From the NCBI GenBank assembly GCA_030770535.1, contig JASVEC010000022.1, positions 620,001 through 684,000 of the forward strand: DNA of 64,000 nucleotides, given 5' to 3'. The translations under genes were made by a program, and so were the position numbers. Numbering within the stretch: position 1 is the stretch's first letter; the number at the start of each line of letters is the position of its first letter. Positions 27,729 to 41,622 of this stretch are shown one piece after another. The DNA comes from Batkoa obscura. Its lineage: Eukaryota. The notes under the pieces were generated by a model that had not been told where the DNA came from, did not search any database, and saw only the letters and a program-made list of their open reading frames with translations.

Positions 27729-30184
27729 ATGGCAAAATTACCCAAAATAGTTGTTAAAAAAAGTACCACTGATGCTCAAGAGTGGATTAAACTTTTCAAA
27801 ATCATTTTAGCATGTCAACTTGGTAACCTTAAAGTGCAATATTTTATATTAGAACAAGATAGTGAAGGTAATTATAGTAATTTTTATTCACTTAGTTATA
27901 TTAAACAATTGTTTAGGTATTACTCTACCTTCCATTGAATTCTTTAAAGAAAAGGTATCTTTTTTTGAACCTAATGCAGCAGTGAGGTAATTAATAAAAA
28001 TATAACATAGACGCAAATGATAATAAATAAAATAGATATATACTTAAAGATAGCTATACGCTTGATACCAAAAAGGATATTGAAATAATAAGTACCATTG
28101 AAACTGAATCAAAAGAATTACAATCATTTGTTAAAGGAAAAACTGAGGCTAAAGAATTATTAGAAAAGATAGAGAAAAAAATCGATAGTTTAGTTAACCA
28201 AAACAAATTCAGCTTATTCTTTAAAACCTTATTCTTTGCTACCTTATATCCTTCCGTTGTAAATAATAACTTTACTTTGGAATCCTTCTCTCAGCTCAAT
28301 ACTTGGTTTAAAGAGTTTTCAAGCTCAGAAGCAGTTAAAGAAGCTATTAGTTTAACTAATGATTTAGCAGCTGGAAAAGCACCAATAGTAGTCAGTGAAG
28401 TTAAAGAGGAAGTAAAAAGTATAATAGGTGATGAAACTATGCGTAAAATTAAAAAAGATATAGCCGTTGCACCAAAATCAAATGAGCCAAAACTCCCCAT
28501 TCCTGGAAAAAGAAATGTTTTAGTCACATCTGCTTTACCTTATGTAAATAATGTACCTCACCTTGGGAATCTTATTGGTTCTCTTTTGAGCGCCGATGTG
28601 TTTGCAAGATACTGCCGTATTTCTGGTGAGAATTACTTATACATATGTGGTACAGATGAATATGGTACAGCCACTGAAACCAAAGCTTTAGAAGAAGGGG
28701 TCAGTTGCCAAGAATTATGCGATAAATATAATAAGATCCATCAAGAAGTTTACAAACACTTTGAAATTGATTTTGATTATTTTGGCCGTACTACCACAGA
28801 ACAACAAACTGTTATCGCTCAAGATATTTTTATGAAGTTGCATGAAAACGGTTTCACCCATCAAGAAACCGTGTCTCAATTGTATTGTGAAAAATGCGAA
28901 CGCTTTTTAGCAGATAGATACGTAGAAGGTACATGTCCTAAATGTCAATATAATGATGCTAGGGGAGATCAATGTGACCAATGTGGTACATTGTTAAATG
29001 CCTCCGAGCTCATAAAACCACGTTGTAAATTAGACTCTAATTCACCAGTTTTACGTGATTCAACGCATATTTTCCTTGATCTTCCAAACCTTCAAACAGA
29101 TTGCGAAAATTTTGTTAATAATAGCAGTGAAAAAGGAAAATGGACCACGAATGGTAAAACAATTACAAAGTCTTGGTTAAAGGAAGGTTTGAAGCCACGT
29201 TGTATTACACGTGATCTTAAATGGGGTACGCCAGTGCCTTTAGAAGAAATGAAAAATAAAGTTTTTTATGTTTGGTTTGACGCCCCCATTGGATACCTCT
29301 CCATTACAGCCAATTACACTAAAGAGTGGGAGAAATGGTGGAAGAACCCAAAACAAGTTGAATTATTCCAGTTTATGGGTAAAGATAATGTACCCTTCCA
29401 TACTGTTATTTTTCCATCTGCTCTCATTGGTACAAAAGAAGATTGGACTTTACTCAATCATATAAATACAACAGAATACCTTAATTACGAGGATGGTAAA
29501 TTCTCCAAATCACGTAATGTTGGTGTATTTGGTAACAATGTGATTGAAACTGGTATTCCAGTTTCAGTATGGCGCTATTATCTTCTTTCAAACCGTCCAG
29601 AAACAAATGATTCGATCTTTACCTGGAAAGAATTTATTACCAAGAATAACAGCGAACTTCTAGCCAATTTAGGCAACTTTTGTAACCGTATCCTTAAGTT
29701 TGTTGCTTCTGCTAAATATCAAAGCGCCATCCCAGCCTTTTCAGTTGATGGCTCACTTGAACAGGGTTTAATTTCAGATGTTAATAAAATAGTAGCTCAA
29801 TTCCATGCTGATATGAAGCTTGGCAAACTTCGTTCTGGTATCAAATTACTTATGGAAGTATCTCAGCTTGGCAACGGTTATTTACAAAGCGTTAAAATTG
29901 ATAACACTTTGTTTAATAACCATCGTGAACAATGTGATAATGCTGTTGGTCTTGCAGTCAATCTTGTTTATTTGCTGGCTTCTCTCATGTTCCCATTTAT
30001 GCCTTCAAGTTCGGAACAGTTGTGTTCACAATTAAATGCTCCACTTGGTTTACTCTTTGACACCTTTGAGCCTCATACGATCCTCCCTGGCCACATTATT
30101 GGTCAACCACAACACTTATTCACTAGAATTGATGAGAAAATGGAACAAGTCTATCGCTCTCGTTATGGTGGGGGATCTTCTTAA
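27729..30184 (+). CDS. MES1: cytosolic methionyl-tRNA synthetase with N-terminal GST-like domain
   Basis: TSALPYVNNVPHLGN (HIGH), zinc knuckles CEKC/CPKC/CDQC, YVWFDAPIGY, GKDNVPFH and KFSKS (KMSKS). Two short 5' exons encode a FEPNAAVRY GST-like domain. Confidence 0.97.
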
Positions 30185-30280
30185 ATTTTCTTATAATATT
30201 ATATTAAAATTAATATCAGAAGATTAGCTTTATTATTCAATATTTTGATAAAGTATTAGTAAAATAAAAATAAAACGTTT

Positions 30281-30371
30281 AAGGATGTATTTTTTTGTTC
30301 AAGTTTTTTTACCATCTTTTTGCTCAAATAGCGCCTAAATAAAAAAGTGATGAAACCAAAAAAACATTCTC
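30281..30371 (+). mobile_element. degenerate MITE copy E
   Basis: AAGGATGTATTTTT...CTCAAATAGCGCCTAAA...GATGAAACCAAAAAAACATTCTC; flanks GTTT/ATTT. Confidence 0.75.
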
Positions 30372-30588
30372 ATTTAATTAAAGATTTAATTCACTATTAT
30401 TTTATTTATATATATTATTTTTTTAAACTTAAGTAAATAAAAGGAGCCCTTCTCCTTTTTTAAAACTTAGCTTATGACTCAGTATCAGGTTTAATACTAT
30501 AAAGCATTCTTTCATCAATTTTCTAAAAAAAGGAGGGTAAAAAGAAACTTTCTACAAAACCAAAGTAGTAATCTTAATCAAGCTTGAT

Positions 30589-33500
30589 TTATGATTCGGC
30601 TAAAAAATCTGGATTTATACTTGGAAACTCACCATCATTTTGCTTATTAAATGGATTAAAATCAAACGAATTCAATGGTAATTCTTTAGAACTAAAATTT
30701 AACTTTGGCCTCGTCTCATAAGTGTTACTTGTTGAGTTTAGTGAATTATTAGAATGTCCTATTAGATGATCCATTTCATTACTATTTATTCCAAGGTATT
30801 TCTTTGCTCCATTTATCTCCATTGGGTTTTTATTTCCAAGATGATAATGAGAATAAAAACTAGGTTTATATGAACTTGATTCAGGACCTGTAAAACTAGT
30901 AGTCAATGAAGAAACTCGTATTTGTGGGTAACTCTGTCCGATATCAGGCTGAAACTGGAAATTATTTGATGGGATCGATAGTCCGCCAGTGTTGTTGGTA
31001 GATTGATCCAACTCAGAAGTAGCAAATGTACATAGTTGATAAAATGCACCTATTGAGGATATACCATCTACAAACAAGCTTTTATACTTTTGATAAAGCT
31101 GACTTAATGGAACATAAGGTCGATTTTGTAAAGGTGTTGATAGTCCAAGTCCCATATCTATAAGAAGACTAAAGTATGCATGGCGTGCATGTTCTTGAGT
31201 TTGTTGAATAAAATGGTTTGAAACACCCCCTCTATTATCAATAGGAGGAAGACTATCGTGGAAAACAGCGCCCTCGTTGCTTCCTATTGGGGGAGACTCT
31301 AATTCCCTGGACATGTTATTTGATTGTGAAAGAGAAGGGTTTAAAAAGGACTTCTCTGGAGCCCATGGCCTAGTATATCCGTTCATATTAAAATTAGGAT
31401 AAGGAGCATGATTTGTTCCATAACCCCCGTAATTCCAATAAGGATCTAACATTGGGTTAGTGGGAATTGAGTACATTGAACTATAACTTGGCTTATTAAA
31501 CCCATTATAAGTTGAAGATGTGTAATTCGAGCCCCCAAGTCCAGGCTGATATGGATATTGCATAGTGTAATTAGGGATTGGCGCAATGCCTGGAGGTCCC
31601 ATAAACGGAGCATTTTGTGTATTTAAACCGCCTAGTTGTTTTACATAAATTTTAAAGCATAACTAATAATATTAAGAACTTACCTATTGGATTGTTCTCA
31701 TTTAAATCAAGCAATGGCTCTATGAAAGGTTGAAAGTACGGGTTCATCTGATCTTTTTCATCCACGTTTCCAATTTCAACAGGGGATCTTTTATCCGAAG
31801 ATAATTCTGGAAAATCTGAAAGCGACTTTGCATCAACAATAGTTGATTTGGATAGAGTAACTGGAGTACATGAAGGTATAGGCTTCCATGCTTCAGTACG
31901 TGATGATTTAAGTTGGCTTACGGTTGGTGATTTAATACTATTTAACTGGATATTCTTTTTAATATTAGAATGGCTGTCCACCTTCATTTCATTTGTGTTT
32001 ATGGTACGTGAATCATCACTCTTAGCTCTTCCTTGTTTCTTAACGGGGTTGACCTCCGTCTTATTTACAGAAATAGGAGTGGTCGAGCTCTTATTCTTTA
32101 AATGTTGATTTAAGGTATCTGAGAGACTACCAATTTTTTCTTTAGGTTCAACATTCTTTTGTTTAGTAAGTTTCGTATTTATAGGAATACTTTCTATGAA
32201 TTTTTTCTTTGGTGTTGTAACTAAAGGCTCCTGTTTTTTACTCTCTGTTGATTTTGTAGACTTCTATATTAATTTAATTCATTTACCATTATAAAAATAT
32301 TAATTGAACTTACCTTAGTACTTTTAATTTGTTCTGCCTTAGGTGCCTTTTTAATCTTTTCAGCTTCAATTCGAGAGTTTTTTTCCCTAGCCCTCTGTAT
32401 TTCAGCCTCAAGTTCCTCTTCAAGCTTTTGTTGTCGTCGAAGTTCTTCTTGTGCTTCAGCTTGTCTCCTTTCCTCTTCCTCTTTTTCTGCTTCTGCTTCA
32501 CGTTGTTTACGAGCAAGCTCCTCTTCAAATTTTTTGATGTTTTTAGCAGCTCTAAAATCGAGTTAAATCATGATGAAATATATTGAAAATTAACTTACTT
32601 TTTCTTTCCTTTTTTAGAACTAGCATTTGATTTTGATTTCTCTTCAAGTTCAATTTCCTCTATTAATTTCTCTTGTCTACGTTGAACAAGCTAAAAATAA
32701 TCAAGATTAATCTTTATGATAAGTATAATAAACTGTTTATAAAAATAACTTATTAAGATTGTTTTGTGGTTTTAAATCACAGCAATACAGTTATACTTAC
32801 CATTTCTCGATAATAATTTACAATTCTATGATCAAATAATTTAGTGACATAAATTTGCATCAAAGTTTCATCATCCAGTGAGGTTTTTAACGCGATTTTA
32901 ATCTTTTCCTCACCTATTTCATCTTTACTGTCTGGATTTCTAGAATTTGCTATCACTGGCTTGTTAAAATAACATTCCTTATCTCCACATCTCGTCTAAA
33001 ATCTAATTAGTATAATTTTGTATAAAAGCAGTTAAAAATACCCATGAAGATGTCATTCCCTCAGGGGGATTTGCAGCTGGAAAAGGCGCCCTATCTTCTG
33101 GGATTTTCTCTTTTTTATTTGAGTCATCCGCGTGAGTCAACAATCGAGGCGAGCCGCCATTTTGTTTACTAAGCCCTAACATATCAGCTGCCAAAGCCAT
33201 GTTGGCAGCTAAAGAAGTTAGAGGCGTATGATCACAATTTTCAATACACGGTACCGGTCTCCCACTTGATTTCTCAATTTTATAATGTGGAAAATCTAAT
33301 TGATGTTTTTCTTTTGAATGTTCGACACAAAAATGTAATTTGCCATCTCTTAACCTTTCATTAGAAAGCCCTTCACTTTTAGCTAATGAAATGGAATTAA
33401 CTTCATCTGCATAAGTTGCCATTATTTTCTGTTGATCATATAGCAATTTCTTCGATATTTCGATATATAGTTCTCCGCTATCTTTGATCATTTGAAGCGC

Positions 33501-34494
33501 GATATTATAGATTTTTTCTACAAATTAAATAAATAATTGTTTTTAAAAATTACTAAAAAAATACTTTTCAAATCTTCAACAGAGCCATCAAAAAACTTAG
33601 TTTCGGCCGCTTCTTTAAATATTTTATCAGATGATATCTCCAGTTTATCAGCTCTACTAGAACTTTCCAAACTTTGGGCTACTCGATACCTTGTATAAAA
33701 AGCTTCGAATTGAACTTGCATAAATGCCCTTTAATTCCATTTAGTTTTATGAAAAAACGTTTATCTTAATTAAATTACCGTTTGGGATCACACTCAATGC
33801 AGGTGCAATTATGATATTTTAGATTCAATGGCCCACCTTTAGTACTCTTCATTTTATTTTTCACGTGTGTAGTAAAGAAGTATTTACAATCTCCATCAAT
33901 CTTAAGTATCTTTTTTTGTAGCTTTAGAGGAAGTGTTCTCCAATGACCAATGGCCAAAGCACGTTCTTCACGCATGCCTTTGGCTCTCCAAATTGAGTTT
34001 TCTTCACTGATATCCATTTCCTCAGCCTTTTTTTCTTTATTTTTTTTAACTTCGGTTGCTTCTGAAGTCATCCTTTCTTTTATAGCCTTGAAAATACTAA
34101 GCTCTTCTTCAAGCTCGTCATCGCTTGACCACTCACGAACGTTGCCAAATTGTTTTTCTGAAATGGTGAAACTTTTCTCACCCTTTGGGTTGAGGGGGGA
34201 ACTAAATGTTTCAGTTATAATTTTATTTGGAGTAATACGTATTTGAGCGTCAATTTTAGCCGACCTCTTTTCCATAAACTCGGTTGAACTTTCCAATATA
34301 TTTTTGAGTTCGGATAAACAACTTTCAAGTGGCATCTCTTCTATACTATTTCCACTATTATTTTCTACTTCCTTCTTATGGATTGTAAATTCGTTTGTTT
34401 CTATACTCGTTGACTCTGTTTGTATACACCAATATCTTGTACCTGAACGATCGTATAATAATCTTGTGCTCTTTTTTTCAGATCTTGTTGACAT
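30589..34494 (-). CDS. NST1: stress-response protein Nst1-like (divergent), multi-exon
   Basis: HWRTLPLKLQKKILKI, CTCIECDPKR.AFMQVQFEAFYTRY, MIKDSGELYIEISKKL and LMQIYVTKLFDHRIVNYYREMLVQRRQEKLIEEIELEE match Nst1 blocks (FW.SL...ERK.LVKV; CSC.VCGRKR.AIEEEL..LY..Y; LLKNDGKKFIEMMEQL; MFQIFAARMFEQRVL.AYRE). Then a charged coiled coil and a P/Y/N-rich tail. Confidence 0.7.
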
Positions 34495-36548
34495 TGTTTG
34501 TTATAATAACATAAACTAGCTTTTTAGTTCAATTTTAAAAAGTTATCAACTAAAAACTCCAGGTCAAATTGAATATAAGCTAAATTTACAACCTAACTTT
34601 TCTTATCCAGAATTTTACACTAGATTTAAATGATTTGCAGCGCTTTAATTTGCTAGCTTTCAATACTTCAATTTTAATTTATTATTCTGAGCTTACAATA
34701 AACTGTGAACCCTTTGAAATCAAACATTAATTAGTGATTCAGATGTAACCAATTAAAAGTACAATACTAGCTACTTAACCAATAAAATTAGATATTGATT
34801 TATTTTTATTATATTGTTAGTTTAATATCAGTTTCGTTATATGATTAATATTTATATTAGCTAAATCTATCATGTATATTAAAATATTAGGATAAAATTA
34901 TTCAACAAACCTACAGTCCTAATAGCTAAGAAGAATTTTAGTTATCAAATAAGTGAGTGCTTGAGGATATTTTTTGAAATAATGTTTAAAGCTAATACTG
35001 TTATAAATTTAATAATATAATAAAAATATTGAAATTATGATATTTTAAAAAAACTGCATTTAGCTTTGTAATGATTCTGATGATTATGAAATACTGGTAT
35101 GTTTATACATTCCTGGTATACTACAGGATATTGTTCTATAAATTTAAACAATCGCTAAAAAAATTATTGTTTTAATAAAAATCAATAAAAAGCAGATAAA
35201 TATCATTTTTTATTCTATTTTATTTTTACTCAATTTTATTATGGTTTTGTATGCCATTACAAGATGCCTCAGTGATTTTATATTATTCCATTAAGCATAT
35301 TAACCACAACAAAAACAAATAAAAACTATTAGAACCAATATATATCAGTTTGTCTCGACTATATGATATTTTTTTTTATAAATATTACAAAATATCAAAA
35401 TAGCTATTGCTCAAACTAAAACACATCTTTGAAAATGTTTCCAAGATTTGTTGAATTTTATGAACATAAATAAGTTTAATTTACTATTTATTATTTTATC
35501 ATTTTTTTAAAAAGACTATAATAAATATAGATACTTGATCATATAGTATATATATACAAAGAATAGTATTTTATACTAATGACTTCTATTTAGTTTGACA
35601 TATACATTGCTAAAAAAGCTCAAGGTTTGTTAAAATAAAATTTGCTGGTAAAAAAGCTATAAAAATACAGTGATGAGAAACAAGGAGCTATTAGAAAAAG
35701 TATAAACAAAATAACTGTAGGGACACACATAAATATAAATATACACATATACATACACATACATTAAATATTTAGTATTCAAGAATGAATAATTGTAACG
35801 ATCACTTTAGTAAGCTTTTGGTACTTTAAAATTAAAATTAAGCTAGAATTAGTACTGACTTAATTATTTTATTATAAATGGGCTTTCAGAATGTAATTTG
35901 GTTGTGCTTCACTTAAATGACAATAACGTTGGGTTTGCAATATATGAAAACATATATAGCGGAAGGGCCATATAAACAATCTAAAGTTACCTTGTAGCTT
36001 AATTTATTTTTGCTGCTTTTTTAACTGTTTGAAAAAATGCTATAAATCCTGAATTAGTCTGTTATTAAATATTATTGAAATCCTATTTTGTATGTTAGAT
36101 AGTTTGGATATTTAGTTGTTAAAAAAATTGTATTTTAATGATAATACAGTATACATGTCATAATCAGAAAGAAATAAAGCAGTAGAGATTTTCTATTTTT
36201 TACAATATTTAGTCCAATTCAATTATTTTAAACTGTGGATTTTCAATGATATTGTATTATAGCATATAGATTTAGTATGATTATTAAATTTAAGCTTATT
36301 AATGTTATAATACTTTATTATAGTTTGAAAAAGACATATTTATTAAAATATTTGTTAACAAATAAAGTTGTTATTTTATATAAATTGTCAAAATTTATAA
36401 GGAATTTGATAAATAAAGAGTAATTAGTAAAATTAACAAATGATTTGACGGATAGATTATTTGGACAAGTTTGTTCCTGATTAAGCACTTAAATATATTT
36501 TACTAGTCTTCAAGTTCTTTCCTTCCAAATCTTTTTGATTTAACGAAT

Positions 36549-38034
36549 ATGGACTCTCTTAATTTCAAAGGAACCCTTGAGGGTAATACTTTATTTCCTT
36601 ATTAGCTTAGTTTTAGTTTACATATATAATTATTAAATCAAATATATATATCAGTTAAAGACAAAAACATAAAAACGACAATAATACCATTGTGAAACAA
36701 TAAGACGAAGTTCTGATATAGCAAAAGAAAAGTTTAATATAATTTATAATAAATAAATTGATGGATGCATCCAAGTTGTAAACTAAAAAAGTCAAAGAAA
36801 ACATGAAATTTCAATGCTCATTTTCTAAAATTTAAATTTACAGCTCACCAAAACTGGGTAACTGCCCTTGCCACCACTGAAGACCCAAATGTCTTAATTT
36901 CTGCCTCTCGTGGTAAGCATATATTAAAACTTAAAAAGAAAAACTGTTTAACTAAAGACAGTGGGTTAAATAGACAAGAGTGTCATCGTCTGGGACTTAA
37001 AACGTGAAGATTTAGCTTACGGTGTTCCCCGTAAATCTCTCCGTGGTCATAACCACTTCATTTCAGATGTTGCTGTTTCATCTGACGGTCAATTCGTATT
37101 AACTTCTTCTTGGGATAAAACCCTCCGTCTTTGGGACTTAAGCACTGGTAACACCACCCGTCAATTCGTCGGCCACACTGATGTAATTTTATTATCTCTT
37201 TTCTTATTTTTTTACTGATTATTTTTATTAGGATGTTCTTTCAGTTTCTTTCTCTGCTGATAACCGTCAAATTGTCTCCAGTTCCCGTGATAAAACTATT
37301 AAGCTTTGGAACACTGTCGGAGAATGTAAATTCGATATCACTACTGATAACCACAGTGACTGGATTTCATGTGTCCGTTTCTCTCCAAACCCAGCCAACC
37401 CATTAATTGTTTCTGCTGGTTGGGATAAAGTTGTTAAGGTAAGTTTTACTCTAATTCAAAATTATTTAAGCACATGATGTTTTGTGATACTTGCTACTTC
37501 TGAGCTTGGTCGCCAAGCAATGAGAAGTTAAAAACCCACATGTTTGTCTGAGGCTTATTACAAAATATGAATTTATGTCACTTTTTTAACAAGACTAAAC
37601 AATGTTATTAGGTATGGGATCTTACTAAATTCAAGCTCCGTACCAACCACAAAGGACACTCTGGACCAGTTAATGATGTTACCGTATCACCAGATGGTTC
37701 CCTCTGTGCTTCCGGAGGTAAAGATGGCATTACCATGCTTTGGGATCTCAATGAAGGTAAACATCTTTACTCCCTTGAAGCTAACAGCTCCATCAACGCT
37801 TTGGTTTTCTCACCAAATCGTTACTGGCTTTGCACTGCCACCTCCAGCTCCATCAAAGTATGGGACTTGGAATCAAAGACCATTGTCAGTGAACTTACTC
37901 CAGAGTTTACCAACGTTGGTAAAAAATCTAACGACCCAGAATGTATTTCCCTTGCTTGGTCTTACGATGGTTCTACCCTCTTTGCTGGTTATACTGATGG
38001 TATTATCCGTGTTTGGGGAGTTGATCACTCTTAA
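36549..38034 (+). CDS. ASC1: RACK1 / Asc1 / Cpc2 WD40 ribosomal protein, 5 exons
   Basis: [58 protein letters not shown] and [13 protein letters not shown]. Confidence 0.98.
37467..37557 (+). ncRNA. SNR24: intronic box C/D snoRNA, U24/snR24-like
   Basis: Lies in RACK1 intron 4. Terminal stem TAAGC/GCTTA, C box ATGATGT (37474), guide ATACTTGCTACT complementary to the conserved LSU rRNA AGUAGCAA region, D' CTGA, hairpin GCTTGG-TCG-CCAAGC, C' ATGAGA, D box CTGA (37548-37551). The yeast ASC1 intron hosts snR24. Confidence 0.85.
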
Positions 38035-38267
38035 ATTGGGTAAAATATCCAAATAAAATACCAAAAAATTAATTTATAAATTAAAGACAATAGATTAAGT
38101 TGTTTAAATGCATGCTATCGACTGAATTATTTTTATGATATTACATTAGAATGAATATAAGTTGCACTTATTAGGAACAAGTAAAGATTATTAGACAAAA
38201 AGTAGGGAATTAATTTATTATTTTTATAAGATATAATACAATGTAAAACGGATATTGAAGAAAAAGA

Positions 38268-38908
38268 TTATAATATATTGCTTTCAGTACTATTAAAATT
38301 TCTATATACAGCATATGGATTTGAAATAATTGTAGGGTAATCTGTTTGAGATTTAGCTGCTGTACAAGATATCTCTACTGGCTTAATGACCATCCATTTT
38401 GACAATTGATTGTAGATAAATGTGGCACGTATGGTCATAGATTTAGGGCAAGGGTTTGGGGCTAACCATTCAAACTCTGTATTTGAACTTTTTTCTGAAT
38501 TATCTTTGTGTGTGATTACTGAATCTTTTTGATAATTAAATCTCTTACACCTCTTTTCATTATCTTTAAATGTTTTGGTATCATATGTAAACGAACCTAC
38601 TCGATCCTTATCCGTTTCTCCTTGTACATACAGTAGTAGTCCATGGTAATAGGGCACCAGAGCACTTACTTTAAGTGTCAGTTTACCTCCAGCTGTCACT
38701 TTACAATCCCCACAGCTTACACTACAAATGATTAGTTTATACAAAAAAATTGATATTAAGTTTACTTGTATTTAAAGGACTCAGTGTTATCGCCACCCAT
38801 ACAACCTGAGGTCTTTTCAGCATCAGATTCACACAAAGGAGAGCCATTCGGTAAGGCAGTAATCAAAGTTAAGATATAATTTAAATAGAACAATTTCAAT
38901 AACCACAT
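38268..38908 (-). CDS. secreted reeler-domain protein, 2 exons
   Basis: Signal peptide MWLLKLFYLNYILTLITA followed by LPNGSPLC; reeler-type motifs YHGLLLYV...RVGSF, C......ITH....K.....FEWLAP and IRATF. Confidence 0.75.
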
Positions 38909-40744
38909 TCAATTTTATAAAAAATAATAATAAGAGCTTTAATAAAGAAAGAGAAGCAAAAGTTTAAGTGGAGGAATTTTTAAGCTTTAATGGTGGTAAA
39001 AGCAGGAGAATTAATTTCAAACATACAAGTAAAAACTTTATTTTTTAATTTAAAAGTCCGTTTCTTTTATTTTTTAATACAAGCTGGTAGTTCCTTTTAT
39101 TTTTACGATCCTTTTCTTATAGATAGCTTATTTATTTTTCGATCAATTTCATTTTCCGTTGCAGACTAAAATTTCCGGATAGATTGTCTCTTTGAATTTA
39201 ATTGGCTAAATTAGAATTAAATAGTGAAATTTACCCTTTTTGATTTTGGATTTTTAAGATTTAAGCCACTAGGGTTTCTTTTTTAAACTTCGGTAGTTGG
39301 ACTATTTTAGTTTATGAAAACTGGATTTTAATGTATATTGAAAATATAAAAGTATAATAAAGTTTATTTTTAGATTATTCAATTCGAATATCTTTTTTAT
39401 GTTTTCCATTAGTATCTTTCTCAGTTAGAAATTTTATAGCCACTTTAATTATTAATCCATACGAAAGACTTGATTTATTTAAGACAATAGAAGTTTACAA
39501 GAAAGGAGTACTTTTATAAGTCTATTTTTGCTATTTCAAATAACAGAAGATTGTAACTATTTTTTAAGAGACATATTAAGCTGCTGGGATCTCTTTAAAG
39601 TAATTCGAAAAGTTATTAAATATTGAATTTATTTCATTGACATAGATACAATTTGGTGACGTTTTTTGTTTTCATTTATTTGTCTATTTCTAACGCAATA
39701 AATATTGCCCATCCAATTTAACTATTTTTTTTTCCATTTGTTATTTATTCAGTTTAAGCTTAACTATGGAATTTAGATCTGGTGTACTTTCTAAAAAGTA
39801 TAGGTATTATATTTTTACACGATTTAGTTTATTTAATCATATATTATTTACTCATACCCTAAGTTACAATTTAATTCCTTTAAATAAGTTAGAATTGTAT
39901 ATTTGTATTTAAATTGGACAAACAACAATTTAAAAAACAACTACATCTAAATTAGATCATAACAGTTGAAAAGTTTCTAAGTTGAATTCTCATATAAAAA
40001 GGCACTCACATTTATGTTTCCTAAAATTTAGTAAATTAAAGAGCTATTTTTATACATCTTAAAACATGAATGTTTTTCTTTAGAGCCTGAAGGCTTAAGC
40101 ATTTAATATAGAAAAAAAGCTGTAAAATCATATAAATACCTTTTAGTTCCATTTATTTGTCCATTTTTTATTCACTAAAATTTAAAAAGTAAAAAGATAA
40201 TTAATAGCTGAAACAAAAAAGATGATCCTAGATCAAGCCTCAGTTATGAATGTTAGGTTAGTTCATATGTTCCATTACGCTTTTATACGTATAGATTAAC
40301 CGTGAGAATATACAGCTGAGAGAGCAAAAGAAATTACTTGCAGTCATTCATTGCTATAAATAAAAATATCACAGATGCTGCAACTCTAATGCGAATTAAT
40401 AATTTGCGAAATTTTCAGATTCAGGTACTTTATATTGTTTAGATTTTTTATAGCCTAATGATATTTTTCTATTTTTAAATAAGCAGTTAATTTAATCGCA
40501 ATAAACTTGGAACAGGTGTAGCTGTTGAAGCAAAAAATCTGCTTGTTTTTTATGCAAGCGAAAATGTAACTTAACACGTAGATAGACATAATACCCCTTA
40601 TTAGGTATCTAACTAAAATCGAGGATTTTAGCCACTATAGTGGCTTACTTAAACTCATAAAAAAACTATGGTCAGTTATCTTTTATGTTAAATTACACTA
40701 AATGAAATTGCATAATTAAATCTATGCTTTTCAGGGATCTATGA

Positions 40745-41618
40745 TTGAGGATGAGTAAATTGCTATCAATAAACCGTGTCAGGATTAGACCAGTATGGAA
40801 CCAATGTCATATCAATAAAAGAGGCTGTAATTTAACAATATCCACTTGTGATAAATGTGCGGGAAAAGGGCTGAGGTGTACAAGGGATCGAAAAATACTA
40901 AAAAACCAACAGTATGTGAGAATGAAGGTTTTCATTCACGTGCATTTATGTTATTAAAACCAAACAAAACTAAAACTGGGAAAAGGGCGGAGAGTATTAT
41001 ACATTTTAATCACATATACTTTAATCAACCCAAATTCTGTGTGAGTGAAAGTCGGTTCAACTCTAACGTTTCTATAGTCTTTGTTTTTCATATTAAGATG
41101 TCTCATTCTTATACTATATCAGGTCAAAGCTCTTATTTTTATTATAAAGCTACTTCAAGTCAATACTTTAATCAACTTTTTAGTTATTTACCATTATTTG
41201 ACTCATCATATACTACTGTAAAAAAGGGCATAAATATATATTTAAGGATGTCAGAACTTATAACTTTTTATTTAAAAGTTTAACCTATTGCTACAACTAT
41301 GTACATACAATCAATTCATAATTCAACAAAAGGGATATTATAGTAATTCGTTCTATGATATTAAATGAATTGGTCCATGTTAACAATGCTGATAGATCAT
41401 CTGATTTGAAGGGTTTTTAGAAGATAAGTTATTGAACCATTTTCATCAACTAAGTAAATTGAAAATCAACCTAAGTAATATCCAATCAATGGTAGTACTA
41501 TTAAATGGATTAAGAGAAGTTAGTTTAACCCTACTATCTTATTGTTTTTTCCAACCTATACAACTATTACGTCTTGTTAGGCTTACATTTGAACTACAAA
41601 GGTGATATTGAAAAAAAG
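40745..41618 (+). pseudogene. decayed Zn(II)2Cys6 fungal transcription factor
   Basis: PVWNQCHINKRGCN-LTISTCDKCAGKGLRCT has the six-Cys spacing with Cys1 changed to Trp (TGG). Frameshift in the A-run near 40900; YFNQLFSYLPLFD middle-homology-like motif; downstream stops; followed directly by the MITE dimer. Confidence 0.6.
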
Positions 41619-41622
41619 TTAT

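Noticed and set aside
26800..30371. MetRS gene captured between two MITEs (Pack-type element)
   Set aside because: The copies are old, have different flanking 4-mers, and MES1 is an ordinary intron-containing housekeeping gene.
22895..37873. Antisense or alternate-frame ORFs overlapping the Arf-GEF, MES1, NST1, RACK1 and ARB1 genes
   Set aside because: Shadow ORFs of real coding exons with no independent motifs.
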